From Pelagomonas calceolata (lineage: Eukaryota), in NCBI GenBank assembly GCA_918797485.1, contig CAKKNE010000005.1:1364001-1428000 (forward strand): a DNA stretch of 64,000 bases. Direction: 5' to 3'. The position numbers and the translations under genes were made by a program. Positions 50,750 to 61,060 of the stretch are shown in pieces. Position 1 is the first letter of the stretch, and each line of letters begins with the position of its first letter. Under the pieces are notes generated by a model. That model saw only the letters and a program-made list of their open reading frames with translations. It searched no databases and was not told the origin of the DNA.

Positions 50750-51792
50750 ATGTACAGCCCGCGGCGCGTGTCCGTCGAGGGGCCGCCGACGCCGCCGACG
50801 CCGCCGACGCCGCCGGCTCCCACGAGTGACGAGGAACACAACGCGAGCGACGCCGAGGCGCCGTCGAGTAAAGCTTTCGCGTCGCCCTACGCCGTGCCGG
50901 CTTCGACGACGCTGCAGCGCGAGCGGCGCGCGTGGCGCGCGCAACAAAGCGAGGACGCGCCGCCGACGCCGTTGCGGACGCCGGAGCCCGCGCGGCTGCG
51001 GGAGGGCCTGCGGGCGACGCCAGAGCGGACGCGGAGCGGACTGTTCCTGAGGCACGTGAAGTCGCCGTCACCTTCACCGCCATCGGAGCCGCCGCCGCCG
51101 CGGAGCATCGACGCGAGTCCCGCGGCGGCCGCGCGCCGCGACCTTGATAGAAGACGGCGCGGCGCCCGGGCCTTCGCCGAGGAGGAGCGGCGGCGCGCGC
51201 GGGCCCAGCGTGTCGAGCGAGCCCAAGCGGAACGGCGTTTCAAGCACCGCCTGTCGAACGAGGCCGTGCGCGCCGAGAACGCGCGCCAGGCGACGCTGGC
51301 GGAGCACGCGCGGGCGCGGGTTTTGTTGCGGAACGGCCCGAGGTGTTCAACGGCGGCGTGGAGAGGCCCGAGCGCGTCCTGCCGAAGCCGCGTGCTGTAG
51401 AGGAGGACCTGCCGCCGCTGCCGCCTCCTAGGGTGATGAAGGAGGAGGTCTGCGCGGAGGAGGAGGATTTCGAGGGCCTGCTCGACGACGCGGCGCCGGC
51501 ACCGGAGGCGCCCGCGCCCGCGCCCGCGCCGCCGGCGCCGACGGCGCCGACGTCGCCGACGGGCTACTCGGACGACGCCGAGGACTTCGAGGACGAGTCG
51601 GACGACGACAACGAAGAGGCCATCGGGGTCGGTGTACAGGTCGAGGCGCGCTTCGGCGGCGAGGAGGACTGGTACCCGGGCACGGTCAAGGCGGTCAACG
51701 CGGACGGCACCTATGAAATCGCGTACGACGACGGCGACGAGGAAGATTCCGTCGCGCCGGAGTACGTGCGGTTGAGGCCTTCGTCGCCCTAA
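50750..51792 (+). CDS. Low-complexity protein with a C-terminal Tudor domain, split by an apparent frameshift
   Basis: Two overlapping frames meet near 51336-51342; Tudor-like VEARFGGEEDWYPGTVKAVNADGTYEIAYDDGDEE. Confidence 0.65.
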
Positions 51793-51864
51793 GTTTTGTT
51801 CTAGTTTTATCTCTCGAGTAATCTCTTTTACTTGACCAATTACTCGGTGGGGCTGGCAATAGGT

Positions 51865-51974
51865 TCTTCCGCCCTTAGGCGGGAATGCTGTTGTTGTTCG
51901 ATGTTGGTCGCGCGGAACGTGACTGACCGTTGGACGTTAATCTTCCGCCCTTGGGCGGGAATATTGTTGTTGTT
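51865..51974. repeat. Two 34-bp direct repeats (31/34 identical), each with an internal hairpin
   Basis: TCTTCCGCCCTT(A/G)GGCGGGAAT(GC/AT)TGTTGTTGTT at 51865-51898 and 51941-51974. Confidence 0.8.
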
Positions 51975-52033
51975 GGACGGCGCTTGGACTATTGGGCGGG
52001 GCCCTGATGGTCATCCGCATCGACGGCGGGGCC

Positions 52034-53089
52034 CTAATAGTCCTCGCCGCCGGAGTCGGAGTCGCCGCCAAAGTTTAGAACCCTGGTTTCCCAATCAGTC
52101 TCAATGACATCCTCCTCGTCGAGACCCGGGAAGTAGCGGTCGTGCTTGGCGGCGCTTTGGAGGAGGGGGCTATATTCTGCGATCGATTCTCTCGCGGCAG
52201 CTGCGGCCTGTACTCGCTCGACGCGCAGGAAATGGTCCGAGATCTCCTCGGTCCCATACCGCGCGTCGGCCCCATACCACGCGGGAGGATCCAGGTAATT
52301 TTTCAGGTATCTCTTGCGTGTGTACAGGTATTTGTAGAAGTTTCTTCTATGCTCGTGCCGTTCGTCCGAGTCCGTCGTCCGCATGACGCCCTCGATCACG
52401 GCGGCGTCGCCGAGGCGCAAGGCGTACTTGACCATGTAGGCGCGGTGGTCTTCGAGGTTGTAATTGGTCCTGTCGTCCAAATATACCAAAAACTTGTGGT
52501 AACTGGTGTAGTACTCATCCACGTGGTCGCGGATCGGCGCCCACGCGGTGCCTGGGCCTAAGAGTGACCGGAGATTTGGCGGGCTCGTGAGGACCGCGAA
52601 GAGGCGCAGCTCGGTCCTCCAACGGGCGACGGCCCGTTGCCCGAGGCGGAGTGTCGTGATGCGCGCCAGGCCCTCGCTCGCGATTTTGTCCGCTCGCACC
52701 CGCAGCTGCGGCGAGCAGATTGAGAACCTGGCGAGCGTCCGACCGTCGGCAAATTGCATGAGGGTGTGGATCAACTCGGTAGGCAACGGCGCGGTCACGT
52801 AAAAGTCTGGGACCCTACACTTAAAATTCTTTGGGAGCTTGGCGCGAAATTCCTTGTACGTGCCGGCGCGGCGCGCGGCGCGCTGGGCGATGAGATAAAA
52901 TGCGCCCGGAGCTTTGCAAAACGGCAGCCGCCCGGCACCCACGGCTTCGTCGACAAGCAGCCATTTGGCCTCGCACGCCTCGGTGAGGTCCGCACACGCG
53001 CGAAGTAGCATCTCCATTGTCAGCTCCACGGGACCGCCTCGGATAACGGGGCCGGCGCCTCGGGGGCGCGATCGCACGCCCAGTTCCAT
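52034..53089 (-). CDS. Hypothetical protein with an internal F-box-like motif
   Basis: 351-aa ORF containing PLPTELIHTLMQFADGRTLARFSICSPQLR. Confidence 0.55.
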   Translation of the reverse strand: MELGVRSRPRGAGPVIRGGPVELTMEMLLRACADLTEACEAKWLLVDEAVGAGRLPFCKAPGAFYLIAQRAARRAGTYKEFRAKLPKNFKCRVPDFYVTAPLPTELIHTLMQFADGRTLARFSICSPQLRVRADKIASEGLARITTLRLGQRAVARWRTELRLFAVLTSPPNLRSLLGPGTAWAPIRDHVDEYYTSYHKFLVYLDDRTNYNLEDHRAYMVKYALRLGDAAVIEGVMRTTDSDERHEHRRNFYKYLYTRKRYLKNYLDPPAWYGADARYGTEEISDHFLRVERVQAAAAARESIAEYSPLLQSAAKHDRYFPGLDEEDVIETDWETRVLNFGGDSDSGGEDY

Positions 53090-53519
53090 CGAGCAGTCAC
53101 GACTTCTCCGCTTGATGGGGGCCCGATTGAAGAGGGGAAAGGGCAGCCCGAGCGCCGCGGAGGGCAGCGCGGTCCAGCGGCTACACGTAGAAACACGAAA
53201 TGCGCCGGCTGTGTGCGCGCGCGATCAGTGCGCTCAGCACTGGCAGGGGACCAAGCTGGATGGTTCCGCTCAAATCTCCTAGAGGCTCCCAGGTTACTAT
53301 CTATAGCAGCAGTCTGGGTACTCTTCCCGTTCGAAGACTACGTCAGCAGCGACAATTCATTCAAAACGGGTTCGAACTGCGAGCGCAATCGAGCCGATTC
53401 GGGCAGCATCGCACCGGTATAAGATAGAACGGCTGCCGAAGCGCGCCAGGCATCGCATCACTCGACCCACGCAAAAGCAGTGCACACAAGACAGCCGGGC
53501 AGCACCACGACCACACAAC

Positions 53520-54059
53520 ATGAACGCCGTGCGCAAGGCCGTCGGCATCGAAAAGAAACAAACGGTCACCGATCAAATTTTAGATGAGTCCTGCCCGAAG
53601 CTCAGCTACAACCAGCGCCTGACGGGCTACGTCTTATGCATGAGCATTGGCTTCATTTTGACGATGGGTTCACTGGTACGACTGAAAGAGCTGCTCCACG
53701 GCGAGCCGAAGAACTTCGTCATCTACTTCACCTTCGGGAATTTATGTGCGATAGCATCGTGCTTCTTCCTGTCGGGACCGAAGTCGCATTGCAAGAAAAT
53801 GATCGATCCCACGCGGAGGATCGCGACGGCGTTTTACCTCATCACGATCTTCTTCACCTTCTTCGTGGTCTTCTACGAGAAGATCCCCGACGACGGACGG
53901 GTGGGCATTATTATTTTGTGCGTGTTTATTCAATGGATAGCGATGCTCTGGTACACGATCAGCTTCATCCCCTTCGCGCGGGACTGGGTCTGCATGTGCT
54001 GCTGCCAGGCGCCGCGCGACTTCTGCAAGAAGCACGGTATTGAAATAAGGTACAAATAA
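53520..54059 (+). CDS. SFT2: Vesicle transport protein SFT2-like
   Basis: LSYNQRL.GY, FTFGN, FLSGP..H.KKM.DPTRRIAT and WYTISFIPFAR; four TM segments. Confidence 0.9.
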   Translation: MNAVRKAVGIEKKQTVTDQILDESCPKLSYNQRLTGYVLCMSIGFILTMGSLVRLKELLHGEPKNFVIYFTFGNLCAIASCFFLSGPKSHCKKMIDPTRRIATAFYLITIFFTFFVVFYEKIPDDGRVGIIILCVFIQWIAMLWYTISFIPFARDWVCMCCCQAPRDFCKKHGIEIRYK

Positions 54060-54065
54060 CACATC

Positions 54066-56522
54066 TTAGTTGTTTTCTTGGAGCCGTCGTCGCGCGGCCG
54101 CCTTCTCGTCCGCCTTTTGGCGCGCCCTCAGGGCGTCGTCCAGGAGTTTGAGGAGATGATCTGCCTCATGAGCGAGTTCGGTATGAGCCGGCGAGAGCAC
54201 AGAACATCCGCCGCGCTTTACGAGATCCGCGATCGACGCGACGTTCAAAGCACGCAGCTCGGCCCGCGCGTCGACGGTCGAAGCGACGGCCGCGCGCCAC
54301 AGCTTCGCGAAGGGGACACGGCGCCGGCGCCAGCCCGACCCGGGCGCTCCACTCAGACTCACCAAATGAGCGTGGATGAGTAGTGTCGTCGCTTTCTGTT
54401 GCACGTCCAACGCTTTACAAGGTATGGGCGGCGGCACGGCCGGCTTGAAGGCTAGCGTCGGTCGATCCGCGGCGAGGGGCGTCCGCGCGCCGCACGTTCT
54501 ACATGAACGCGCCCTCAAAAAATTGGGCACGATCGCGCCGCACGCGCCGCATAGCTCGCCGTCCCAGACCCAGCGCAGCTTGTAGCCCCGGTCCATGGGC
54601 GGCGGCGCGGACTTGGCCCGCTCGTCGTACAACGTCCGGGCCTTGATTGTACTAAAACGGTCCATGGCCGGCACGCGCCACAGGTCGGCGTCGTCCGGCA
54701 GATGTTCTACGATCGTGTCCTTGTCCGCGTCCGCGTCAAAAGCTTCTCGTCGTAGCCCTCGTACGAAGGAATCCACGAGGACCTTGGCTTCGTCTGCCCT
54801 CTGTTGTTGCCTCCTGACTCGTCTCCTCGCGTCCTTCTGGAGCGTACGTTCTGAGACATCAGTCACAAAGTCCCAGAACGCGCATTGGAGTAGCCGGTCG
54901 TCTCCATGATTGATAGAACGATATTCACGTACGGAGGGAGGGTTCCGCGCGAACCGCGTCGGAACGAAGTGCGACGCGCGCGCGTCATTTTCATCATCAC
55001 TATCCGCCAGCCCGTCGTCCAACGTCGCGAGGCACTTGGGCCAGTCGTCATCCACCAAAAACGTCGCCACGGCGCCCTGGACCTCGGGCGCGCCGCTCAC
55101 TCTGAGCGACGCGGCTAACTGCTGCTTCCGTTGTCTCTTCGCGTAGTAGCCCTTCAGACCTTTGGCGATGGCTATCAATGCTTGCGCCCTCCTCAAGTTC
55201 CACTTCGCCCTTTTGACCTCGATCGACGCCTGGCGCCACTCCCGGAGTTTGCGAGAGAGGAACCGTCGCACGCATTTCACGAACCGCCTCGAACTTTCTT
55301 TGCGCCCGTACCTCAGTTGTGCGGCCCTCGCTTTCCGTATCTTCAGGTTGCGCCGCGCGCGCCACAACATCGCCAACCGCGCCGCGTAGAAGTACCGCTT
55401 CAGCATGCGCTTCCGGTAGCGCCGCCACGCCCGCTGGATCGTCGCGCAGACCGGATCGTAGAGCTCCGGCTCGAACGACTCCTCGTCCTCCGAGACGTAC
55501 ACCTCTTCGGTCTTGAAGAAGCCCGTGACGAACCTAGCTTTAAAACAGACATCGCCCGTCTCCTTCCGCGCTTTGTAGCCTCGCCACGTCCGCTGGATGC
55601 GTTTCGCAGCCTTCCCATCCTTCCGCTTGGCACGCCGCTCGCACTTCTCGTAGGTCTTGACCATGCCCTTTAAACTCTGCGACAGATCGTGTTTCCTTTC
55701 GTCTAGAGTCTTTTCTTTCGGCGGGCCTGACTTAAGTAATTCGAGCTCCTTCGCTTTTTGCCTTTCAAGCTCCAGACTGCGCATCTTCCGCAATGCCTTC
55801 TTGGCTTGTACTTTGCTATCCGCCACTCGCTTTCGCTCCTCGTCCCGCATGACCTCGCGCTTCACGCGGCCCCGTGCCGTCGCGAAGCGCTGCGCGCGCC
55901 GCGCGGCGAACTTGTCGTAGGTGTTTGACGATAATCTTCGATTAAAAACGCTCTCCTCGTCCGAAGAGTCGGAGGAGTCGTTGCGCTGTACCGGTTCGAC
56001 CACAATCCGCCTTGCGTTCTTGTCACACGTCGGCGGCCGTCGCTGCGTCGTCTCGCCATCCACGCCGTAGTAGGGCGTCGTCGGCCGCTCGACATGGGCA
56101 TATTTAGCGGCCTCGCCGACGTCCAGGCGACTCGCTATCGACACTGCCTCCTTTTTGTTTCCAGTATTCCGCTCCATGTACTTTCGGAGTAACCGCTCGG
56201 CGGCGTTTTTGGGCCGCTCCAGCTCCCACATGTTCTCGGCCTTGCCCACCTTGCCGAGCTGGTAGTGGCGGAGCGAGTCGACGGACCTCTTTGAGGGCGA
56301 CCGGCCTCCTAACAAAGATGGTCTTCTAGCGGGCGCGTCTAGCTCACCGAGGAAGCTCGGCCTTCTCGCGTGTGCTGGTCTTAAACGCTCGGTCGGTGCT
56401 TCGGCCCATCGGGACTCGCGCGTCTTGCTCAGGGGGCTGCCCTTGCTCTGGGGGCTGCTGCCCTCCTGGCTGCGCGGCGACCGCAGGCCGTCCTCCAGGA
56501 GCGGCAGGACGCGGGCGGCCAT
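54066..56522 (-). CDS. IQ-motif (calmodulin-binding) protein
   Basis: AAKRIQRTWRGYKARK, ATIQRAWRRYRKR and further degenerate IQ motifs; CxxC...CxxC near the C-terminus. Confidence 0.7.
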   Translation of the reverse strand: MAARVLPLLEDGLRSPRSQEGSSPQSKGSPLSKTRESRWAEAPTERLRPAHARRPSFLGELDAPARRPSLLGGRSPSKRSVDSLRHYQLGKVGKAENMWELERPKNAAERLLRKYMERNTGNKKEAVSIASRLDVGEAAKYAHVERPTTPYYGVDGETTQRRPPTCDKNARRIVVEPVQRNDSSDSSDEESVFNRRLSSNTYDKFAARRAQRFATARGRVKREVMRDEERKRVADSKVQAKKALRKMRSLELERQKAKELELLKSGPPKEKTLDERKHDLSQSLKGMVKTYEKCERRAKRKDGKAAKRIQRTWRGYKARKETGDVCFKARFVTGFFKTEEVYVSEDEESFEPELYDPVCATIQRAWRRYRKRMLKRYFYAARLAMLWRARRNLKIRKARAAQLRYGRKESSRRFVKCVRRFLSRKLREWRQASIEVKRAKWNLRRAQALIAIAKGLKGYYAKRQRKQQLAASLRVSGAPEVQGAVATFLVDDDWPKCLATLDDGLADSDDENDARASHFVPTRFARNPPSVREYRSINHGDDRLLQCAFWDFVTDVSERTLQKDARRRVRRQQQRADEAKVLVDSFVRGLRREAFDADADKDTIVEHLPDDADLWRVPAMDRFSTIKARTLYDERAKSAPPPMDRGYKLRWVWDGELCGACGAIVPNFLRARSCRTCGARTPLAADRPTLAFKPAVPPPIPCKALDVQQKATTLLIHAHLVSLSGAPGSGWRRRRVPFAKLWRAAVASTVDARAELRALNVASIADLVKRGGCSVLSPAHTELAHEADHLLKLLDDALRARQKADEKAAARRRLQENN

Positions 56523-56701
56523 CTTGTTGATGTTGCGGGCTCAGGCTCAGGCTATTTACGTCACGGGGCCGCCCCTTGCCCCCACAGCGCTGCCTCCTCT
56601 CACAAGGGCTGGGAGAGCCGCCGAGCCAAAGGAAGAGACTCGTCCTCGGATTGTTCGAGCGAAGCTTCCTCGGCTGTCGAGAGTTCTGTGCTCAGTTTTT
56701 T

Positions 56702-56719
56702 CTAGTGTCTATCAGCTAG
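56702..56719 (-). promoter_or_regulatory. Short variant of the CTAG-bounded promoter element
   Basis: Minus strand reads CTAGCTGATAGACACTAG, in a divergent gap. Confidence 0.45.
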
Positions 56720-56963
56720 GTTTTGCTTGTTGTGGCCCCCACTTTTTGGCTACACACCCTGTGCCTATACGCGTGTTGCGCGTGCAGGAGACGCTTCATA
56801 AGTGCATCTCGTTGTCCAGAGCACCAGCGCAGGCACTGGTCGCACGCGCGTCCGCCAGGCAAGCGCATCGCGGTCATCGCCGCGCCCACGCCTCGCCGCG
56901 CGTCTAGCGCGCCCGCGTCTATATAGCGCGCGCGGGTTGTCGTTGATCGCTGCTCGTGCAGTA

Positions 56964-58067
56964 ATGGGCTGGGGCAACGGCCCGCGCGGCCCCACGCGCG
57001 GCCCGCCGCGCGGCCCGCGGCCGCGCGACCGCAGCGGCTACGACGCCGGCCGCGACGACCCGCGCGACCGCGACCGACCGCCGCCGCCGCCGCGCGACCG
57101 CGGAGGCTACGACGGGCCACCGCGCGACCGCGGCTTCGGCGGGCCGCGGGGGCCGCCGCCGCGGGACCGAGACTTCGACCGGCGGCCGCCCGACCGCGGC
57201 GGCTACGACGGCTACGATCGCGGCCGCGCGTCGCCGCCGCTGCGCGGGCGCGACGGCCCCGACCGGGGCCCGCCGCCGCGCGACGGCTGGCGCGGCTCGC
57301 CCCGCGGCGGCGACCGGGGGCCTGACCGCTGGCGCCCGCCCGACCGCGGCCCACCGCCGCGCGATGACTTCCGCGGCCCGCCAGACCGCGACATGCGCGG
57401 TCCGCCGCCGCGCGACGGGCCGGACCGCGACTACCGCGGCCCGCCGGACCGGCCGCGCGACGACCGGCGGGGCCCGCCGCCGGGCCGCCGCGACGACCGG
57501 CGGGACGCCGACCGCCGCGGCGACGGCTTCCGCGACGACCGCCGCGGCCCGCCGCGCGACGACGGCTATCGCGATGACCGCCGCGACCCGCCGCCGCGCG
57601 ACGACGACCGCCGCGACCCGCCGCCGCGCGCGCGGGACGGCTTCCGCGACGACCGCGGCTACGACCGCGACCGTGACCGGGGCTATGACCGGCCGTCGCC
57701 GCGGAGCGCGCCGAAGCGCCGCCGGTCCGAGGACGAGGAGGGCCGCGAGCGCGACGACCGGCGGCCGCCGCCGGCGCGGCGGCGCGACGACGGCTATCGC
57801 GATGACCGCCGCGACGACCGCCGTGACGACCCGCGCGACCGCGGCCGCGCGCCGCCGCCGCCGGCGCGGCGCGCCGGCGGCGGCTGGGGCAAGAAGGCCG
57901 GCGTCGGGCCCTGCGACCTTGAATACGCGCTGAAGCTGGAGCTGCTGCGGAAGAAGGCCGGCGTCGACGCGGCGTTCTTCGAGCTCGGCCACCTGGCCGC
58001 GGATTCGGCAGATACGCTCGCCACGAGCGTCGACGCGAAGGCGATCGGGGACGCGTTTCAGACCTAA
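56964..58067 (+). CDS. Arg/Asp/Gly/Pro-rich low-complexity protein, probably RNA-associated
   Basis: ATG 56964; RGPPPRDD/DRR repeats and a short globular-looking C-terminus. Confidence 0.65.
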   Translation: MGWGNGPRGPTRGPPRGPRPRDRSGYDAGRDDPRDRDRPPPPPRDRGGYDGPPRDRGFGGPRGPPPRDRDFDRRPPDRGGYDGYDRGRASPPLRGRDGPDRGPPPRDGWRGSPRGGDRGPDRWRPPDRGPPPRDDFRGPPDRDMRGPPPRDGPDRDYRGPPDRPRDDRRGPPPGRRDDRRDADRRGDGFRDDRRGPPRDDGYRDDRRDPPPRDDDRRDPPPRARDGFRDDRGYDRDRDRGYDRPSPRSAPKRRRSEDEEGRERDDRRPPPARRRDDGYRDDRRDDRRDDPRDRGRAPPPPARRAGGGWGKKAGVGPCDLEYALKLELLRKKAGVDAAFFELGHLAADSADTLATSVDAKAIGDAFQT

Positions 58068-58087
58068 TTTTATATATCACAACACTG

Positions 58088-59041
58088 TTACACGACCGCG
58101 CCCCGGTTCGCCATGGCCACGGCCGTGTACTTCATCCCGCCCGTGCGGTACTTGCTCTTCCGCGCGTCGGCGGCCTTTTTCCTATCTGCTAATTCTCGCT
58201 CGCGCTGCGAGTGCCGCGTCGCCATTTCGAGACGGCTCTTCGGCCGTCTACTACTCCGCGAGGGCGGCGGCTTCTCCGTCGCCTCCGCGATGGCCTCCTG
58301 CAGCGCCGCGACCCAGGCGTCTCTAGTTTTCCCGTTCGGCAACGTGCCTTCGAAGAGCGGCACGCCCGCGATGCCTAGGAGCCGCAGCCCGTCCTTGTCG
58401 ACGCTCTTGACGCACTGCACGTCGTGCAAATAGATGAGCTCGTCGCTGTCGTTGACATCTAGACACGTACCGTCCGGCCTTAAGTAAACTCGCACTCTTT
58501 CAAAACCGACGTCGTCGCCGTCATTACTGGTTTCGGACTTCGAGCCAAACAAGCTCCCGGCAAAACTGGAAATCTTGTCGGCGGCCTTCTGCAGGGCCTC
58601 TTTCGCAGCGCGGCGACGCGAAAACATGGCGCCATCATAGAGTAACGACCGCTTCTGGTGTTTGGCCACCTGGCGCTTGACCCACCGGAAGCAGGGGCAC
58701 ATCCTGAGTAGATTCATGCCCTCTCGTTTCAAGGTCTCCTTCGTCGTCAAGGAGTCGTGGCACTCGTTGCACGTCCTTTGTGGGGCAGCATACCCTTTGA
58801 CGCGGTCCTTCCAGGGCGAGCAGTCGCCGCACACCACTCTACCGCACTCGCGACAATGATGATGTCTATTTGTTAATGCGCCGAAGGTCTTGCCGCAGCC
58901 GAAGCACGCGGCCACGCTGTGCTTGTCCTGCCAGGCCGTGCGCTCGCGGACGTCGTCCTCGCCACCATCTTGCCACTGATCGTCGTCGTCCGAGTCGTCC
59001 GCGGCCATGGGGGCGCTGCGGCCGACGAGGCTGTAGGCCAT
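58088..59041 (-). CDS. FYVE zinc-finger protein with a PH-like domain
   Basis: WQD....CFGC...F....RHHHCRECGRVVCGDCS...RTCNEC; RDAWVAAL. Confidence 0.88.
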   Translation of the reverse strand: MAYSLVGRSAPMAADDSDDDDQWQDGGEDDVRERTAWQDKHSVAACFGCGKTFGALTNRHHHCRECGRVVCGDCSPWKDRVKGYAAPQRTCNECHDSLTTKETLKREGMNLLRMCPCFRWVKRQVAKHQKRSLLYDGAMFSRRRAAKEALQKAADKISSFAGSLFGSKSETSNDGDDVGFERVRVYLRPDGTCLDVNDSDELIYLHDVQCVKSVDKDGLRLLGIAGVPLFEGTLPNGKTRDAWVAALQEAIAEATEKPPPSRSSRRPKSRLEMATRHSQRERELADRKKAADARKSKYRTGGMKYTAVAMANRGAVV

Positions 59042-59298
59042 GTATTGCGCCGCGCGGCTGCTTGTCTGCCCACCGGTTTGCGGGCGCTGCGTGTCCCACC
59101 GGTTTTGCGCGGCGCGCGTCCGGCTGTGGAGTGAGATGCCCGAGATGCGCGTCTGCCGCCGGTTTGAGAGCACGCTCGGCCGGCTGCGTCGCTACGGCTG
59201 CGGCTAGGATCTGTTTTTGTCGATCTCAAGCCCGCGTGTATCTGTGCGCCGTCCTACGGCCAACACTCGGTCGGCCAACACTGGTCGATTGCCGCTGG

Positions 59299-59320
59299 CT
59301 AGTGCCTTACTTCACGCTAG
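59299..59320 (-). promoter_or_regulatory. CTAG-bounded promoter element
   Basis: Minus strand reads CTAGCGTGAAGTAAGGCACTAG, in a divergent gap. Confidence 0.7.
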
Positions 59321-59481
59321 CCCGCCAAAAAACCCCCCTTAGCAGTTGAAGGCGTAAACACGCCACAGTCCATCGGCAGAAGCTCTGGGACGCGTTCTCC
59401 TAGGGCTGCATCGCTGCGCTGCATCGCTGCGCTGCGAATCGCCCGCTACTCTCAGTTAGAGGACTGCACGGCGCCCACGGG

Positions 59482-59910
59482 ATGCCGCGGCTCCTGTGCG
59501 TCACGCTGTTCGCTACCGCCGCTGCTTTTGATGTGTCGTGGATCCCGGCCGACCCCGACGGGCCGCTGCCGCTCTCGAAGGCCTACCGTGAAAACTTAAA
59601 GAGGCTCTGCGACGTCGTCCGGACCGTGAAGCCGCTGCCGCCGTCTATTATGGAGAAGCTGCCCGTCATCGAGAAGCTCTGCGCGAAGCTCGAGGCCTCG
59701 TCAGGGTCGGGCTCTGCGCTCGTGAACCGCCTGCGCCTCGTCGGTGTTGTTGCCGCGGGCGCCTGGGCCTGGCACTCGTACCAGTCGAAGGGCCTGATCT
59801 ACGACGCGACGCGCGCCGCGCGAAGTCGGAGTAGCCTCTCGCCGCGGCCGCTGTCGCCGCGGCCGCCGGCTCCATCAAAATCGTCTCTGTTCGACCCGGG
59901 GGCGTTGTAG
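59482..59910 (+). CDS. Small signal-peptide protein of unknown function
   Basis: MPRLLCVTLFATAAAF, PLPLS..YR..L..LC motif and a hydrophobic segment. Confidence 0.65.
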   Translation: MPRLLCVTLFATAAAFDVSWIPADPDGPLPLSKAYRENLKRLCDVVRTVKPLPPSIMEKLPVIEKLCAKLEASSGSGSALVNRLRLVGVVAAGAWAWHSYQSKGLIYDATRAARSRSSLSPRPLSPRPPAPSKSSLFDPGAL

Positions 59911-60239
59911 TATAGGAGTTCCATATGCAGTTACCCAGGGGTAGTGGGAGGATGGGGCGTCTATGTTCACGGGGGCTGCGGCCGCCGCTCTCGAGCTCGT
60001 CGTAGTAGGCAGCCTGGTTTAAGCAAAGCAGAGCTTTTTTTCAAGTTAGAAGGGCCTCGTGAATGAGCGTCCCTCCGCTCTCCAGAGTTGGCGAACGCGA
60101 GGAGGTGGCCGAATTCACGCGTCACGTTCCCTAACCTAGCTCAGACCACAGCGAGCAAAAGCCGGAGCATGAAAAACCCCCCTCCAAGCTCTTACCCTAG
60201 CCCCTCAGCCCCGCCGCAAAGCAAACAACTTAAACAACG

Positions 60240-60956
60240 TCATCGCGGCGGCGCGAGCGTCACCGCTTGCAGCCCCGACATCTGCATGCCCCGGATCGCG
60301 AGCGCCGACGCCATGAGCGACCGTCCCGCGCGGCCGACGAAGAGGAGCGCCCGCCGGTCGCCCCACCAGCCGCGCTCCACCAGGCCCTGGAGGATCTGGT
60401 AGGAACCGTTCGACACCAGCGCGACGAAAAAACCCGTGTAGACGGCCGCGCCTAGAATCGGCACGCGCGGCGGCGCCACGACAGCGATGCCACACAGGTC
60501 GCGCAGGCGCGTAAGGCAGTCCGTCAGGCCGTAGCCAAGGGCCGCCGCCGCGAAGCCCACGCCAAACAACCGCGGCATCGGCCGCACGACGGCGCCGACG
60601 CGGGCGTGCAACGGCACGTCGGGTTGAAACGCGTTCGTGGCCGCGGCGCCTTGGGTCGACGGCGCCGCCTGGAACGAGGCCACTAGTTTACCGGCGAGGG
60701 CGGTCAGCACGCCGGCCACGACGTAGTCCGCCTCGCGGCCGAACGCTCTACCCCGCCGCTGCACCTCGGCCGTCGTCTGCAGCGCGCAGGCCAGGGCCGC
60801 CTCGAGCGCGAGCTTCTGGCGGAATTTCGGATCCGCGTCGGCCCGGGCGCGCCAGGCGCTGGTGATGCGCGCTTTCAGTGGCGGGCGCGCCGGTGGCGTG
60901 AGGGCTGCAGCCAGGCTTAGGAGCACTGCTGTAATAATCGTGGTGCGCATCGTCAT
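60240..60956 (-). CDS. RETICULATA-related (DUF3411) plastid membrane protein
   Basis: R..ADP.F..KL..E, AE..RRG..F..E.DYV, NAFQ, GF.A...GY..T..L and SN..YQ.L.G; signal peptide. Confidence 0.8.
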   Translation of the reverse strand: MTMRTTIITAVLLSLAAALTPPARPPLKARITSAWRARADADPKFRQKLALEAALACALQTTAEVQRRGRAFGREADYVVAGVLTALAGKLVASFQAAPSTQGAAATNAFQPDVPLHARVGAVVRPMPRLFGVGFAAAALGYGLTDCLTRLRDLCGIAVVAPPRVPILGAAVYTGFFVALVSNGSYQILQGLVERGWWGDRRALLFVGRAGRSLMASALAIRGMQMSGLQAVTLAPPR

Positions 60957-61060
60957 CGTCGTCCGCGTGTTGGCATAGCCAAGGCACGACTGGAAGTCGT
61001 CTATTCGCGAGTGCAAGCGATCGATAACTGCACGAATGTGGGAGAGGCCGAGCGGCGGAG

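Noticed and set aside
51865..51974. CRISPR-like geometry (34-bp palindromic repeat with 42-bp spacer)
   Set aside because: Only two imperfect copies, eukaryotic context and no cas genes.
59405..59436. Tandem 13-mer GCTGCATCGCTGC
   Set aside because: Two copies only; an ordinary micro-duplication.
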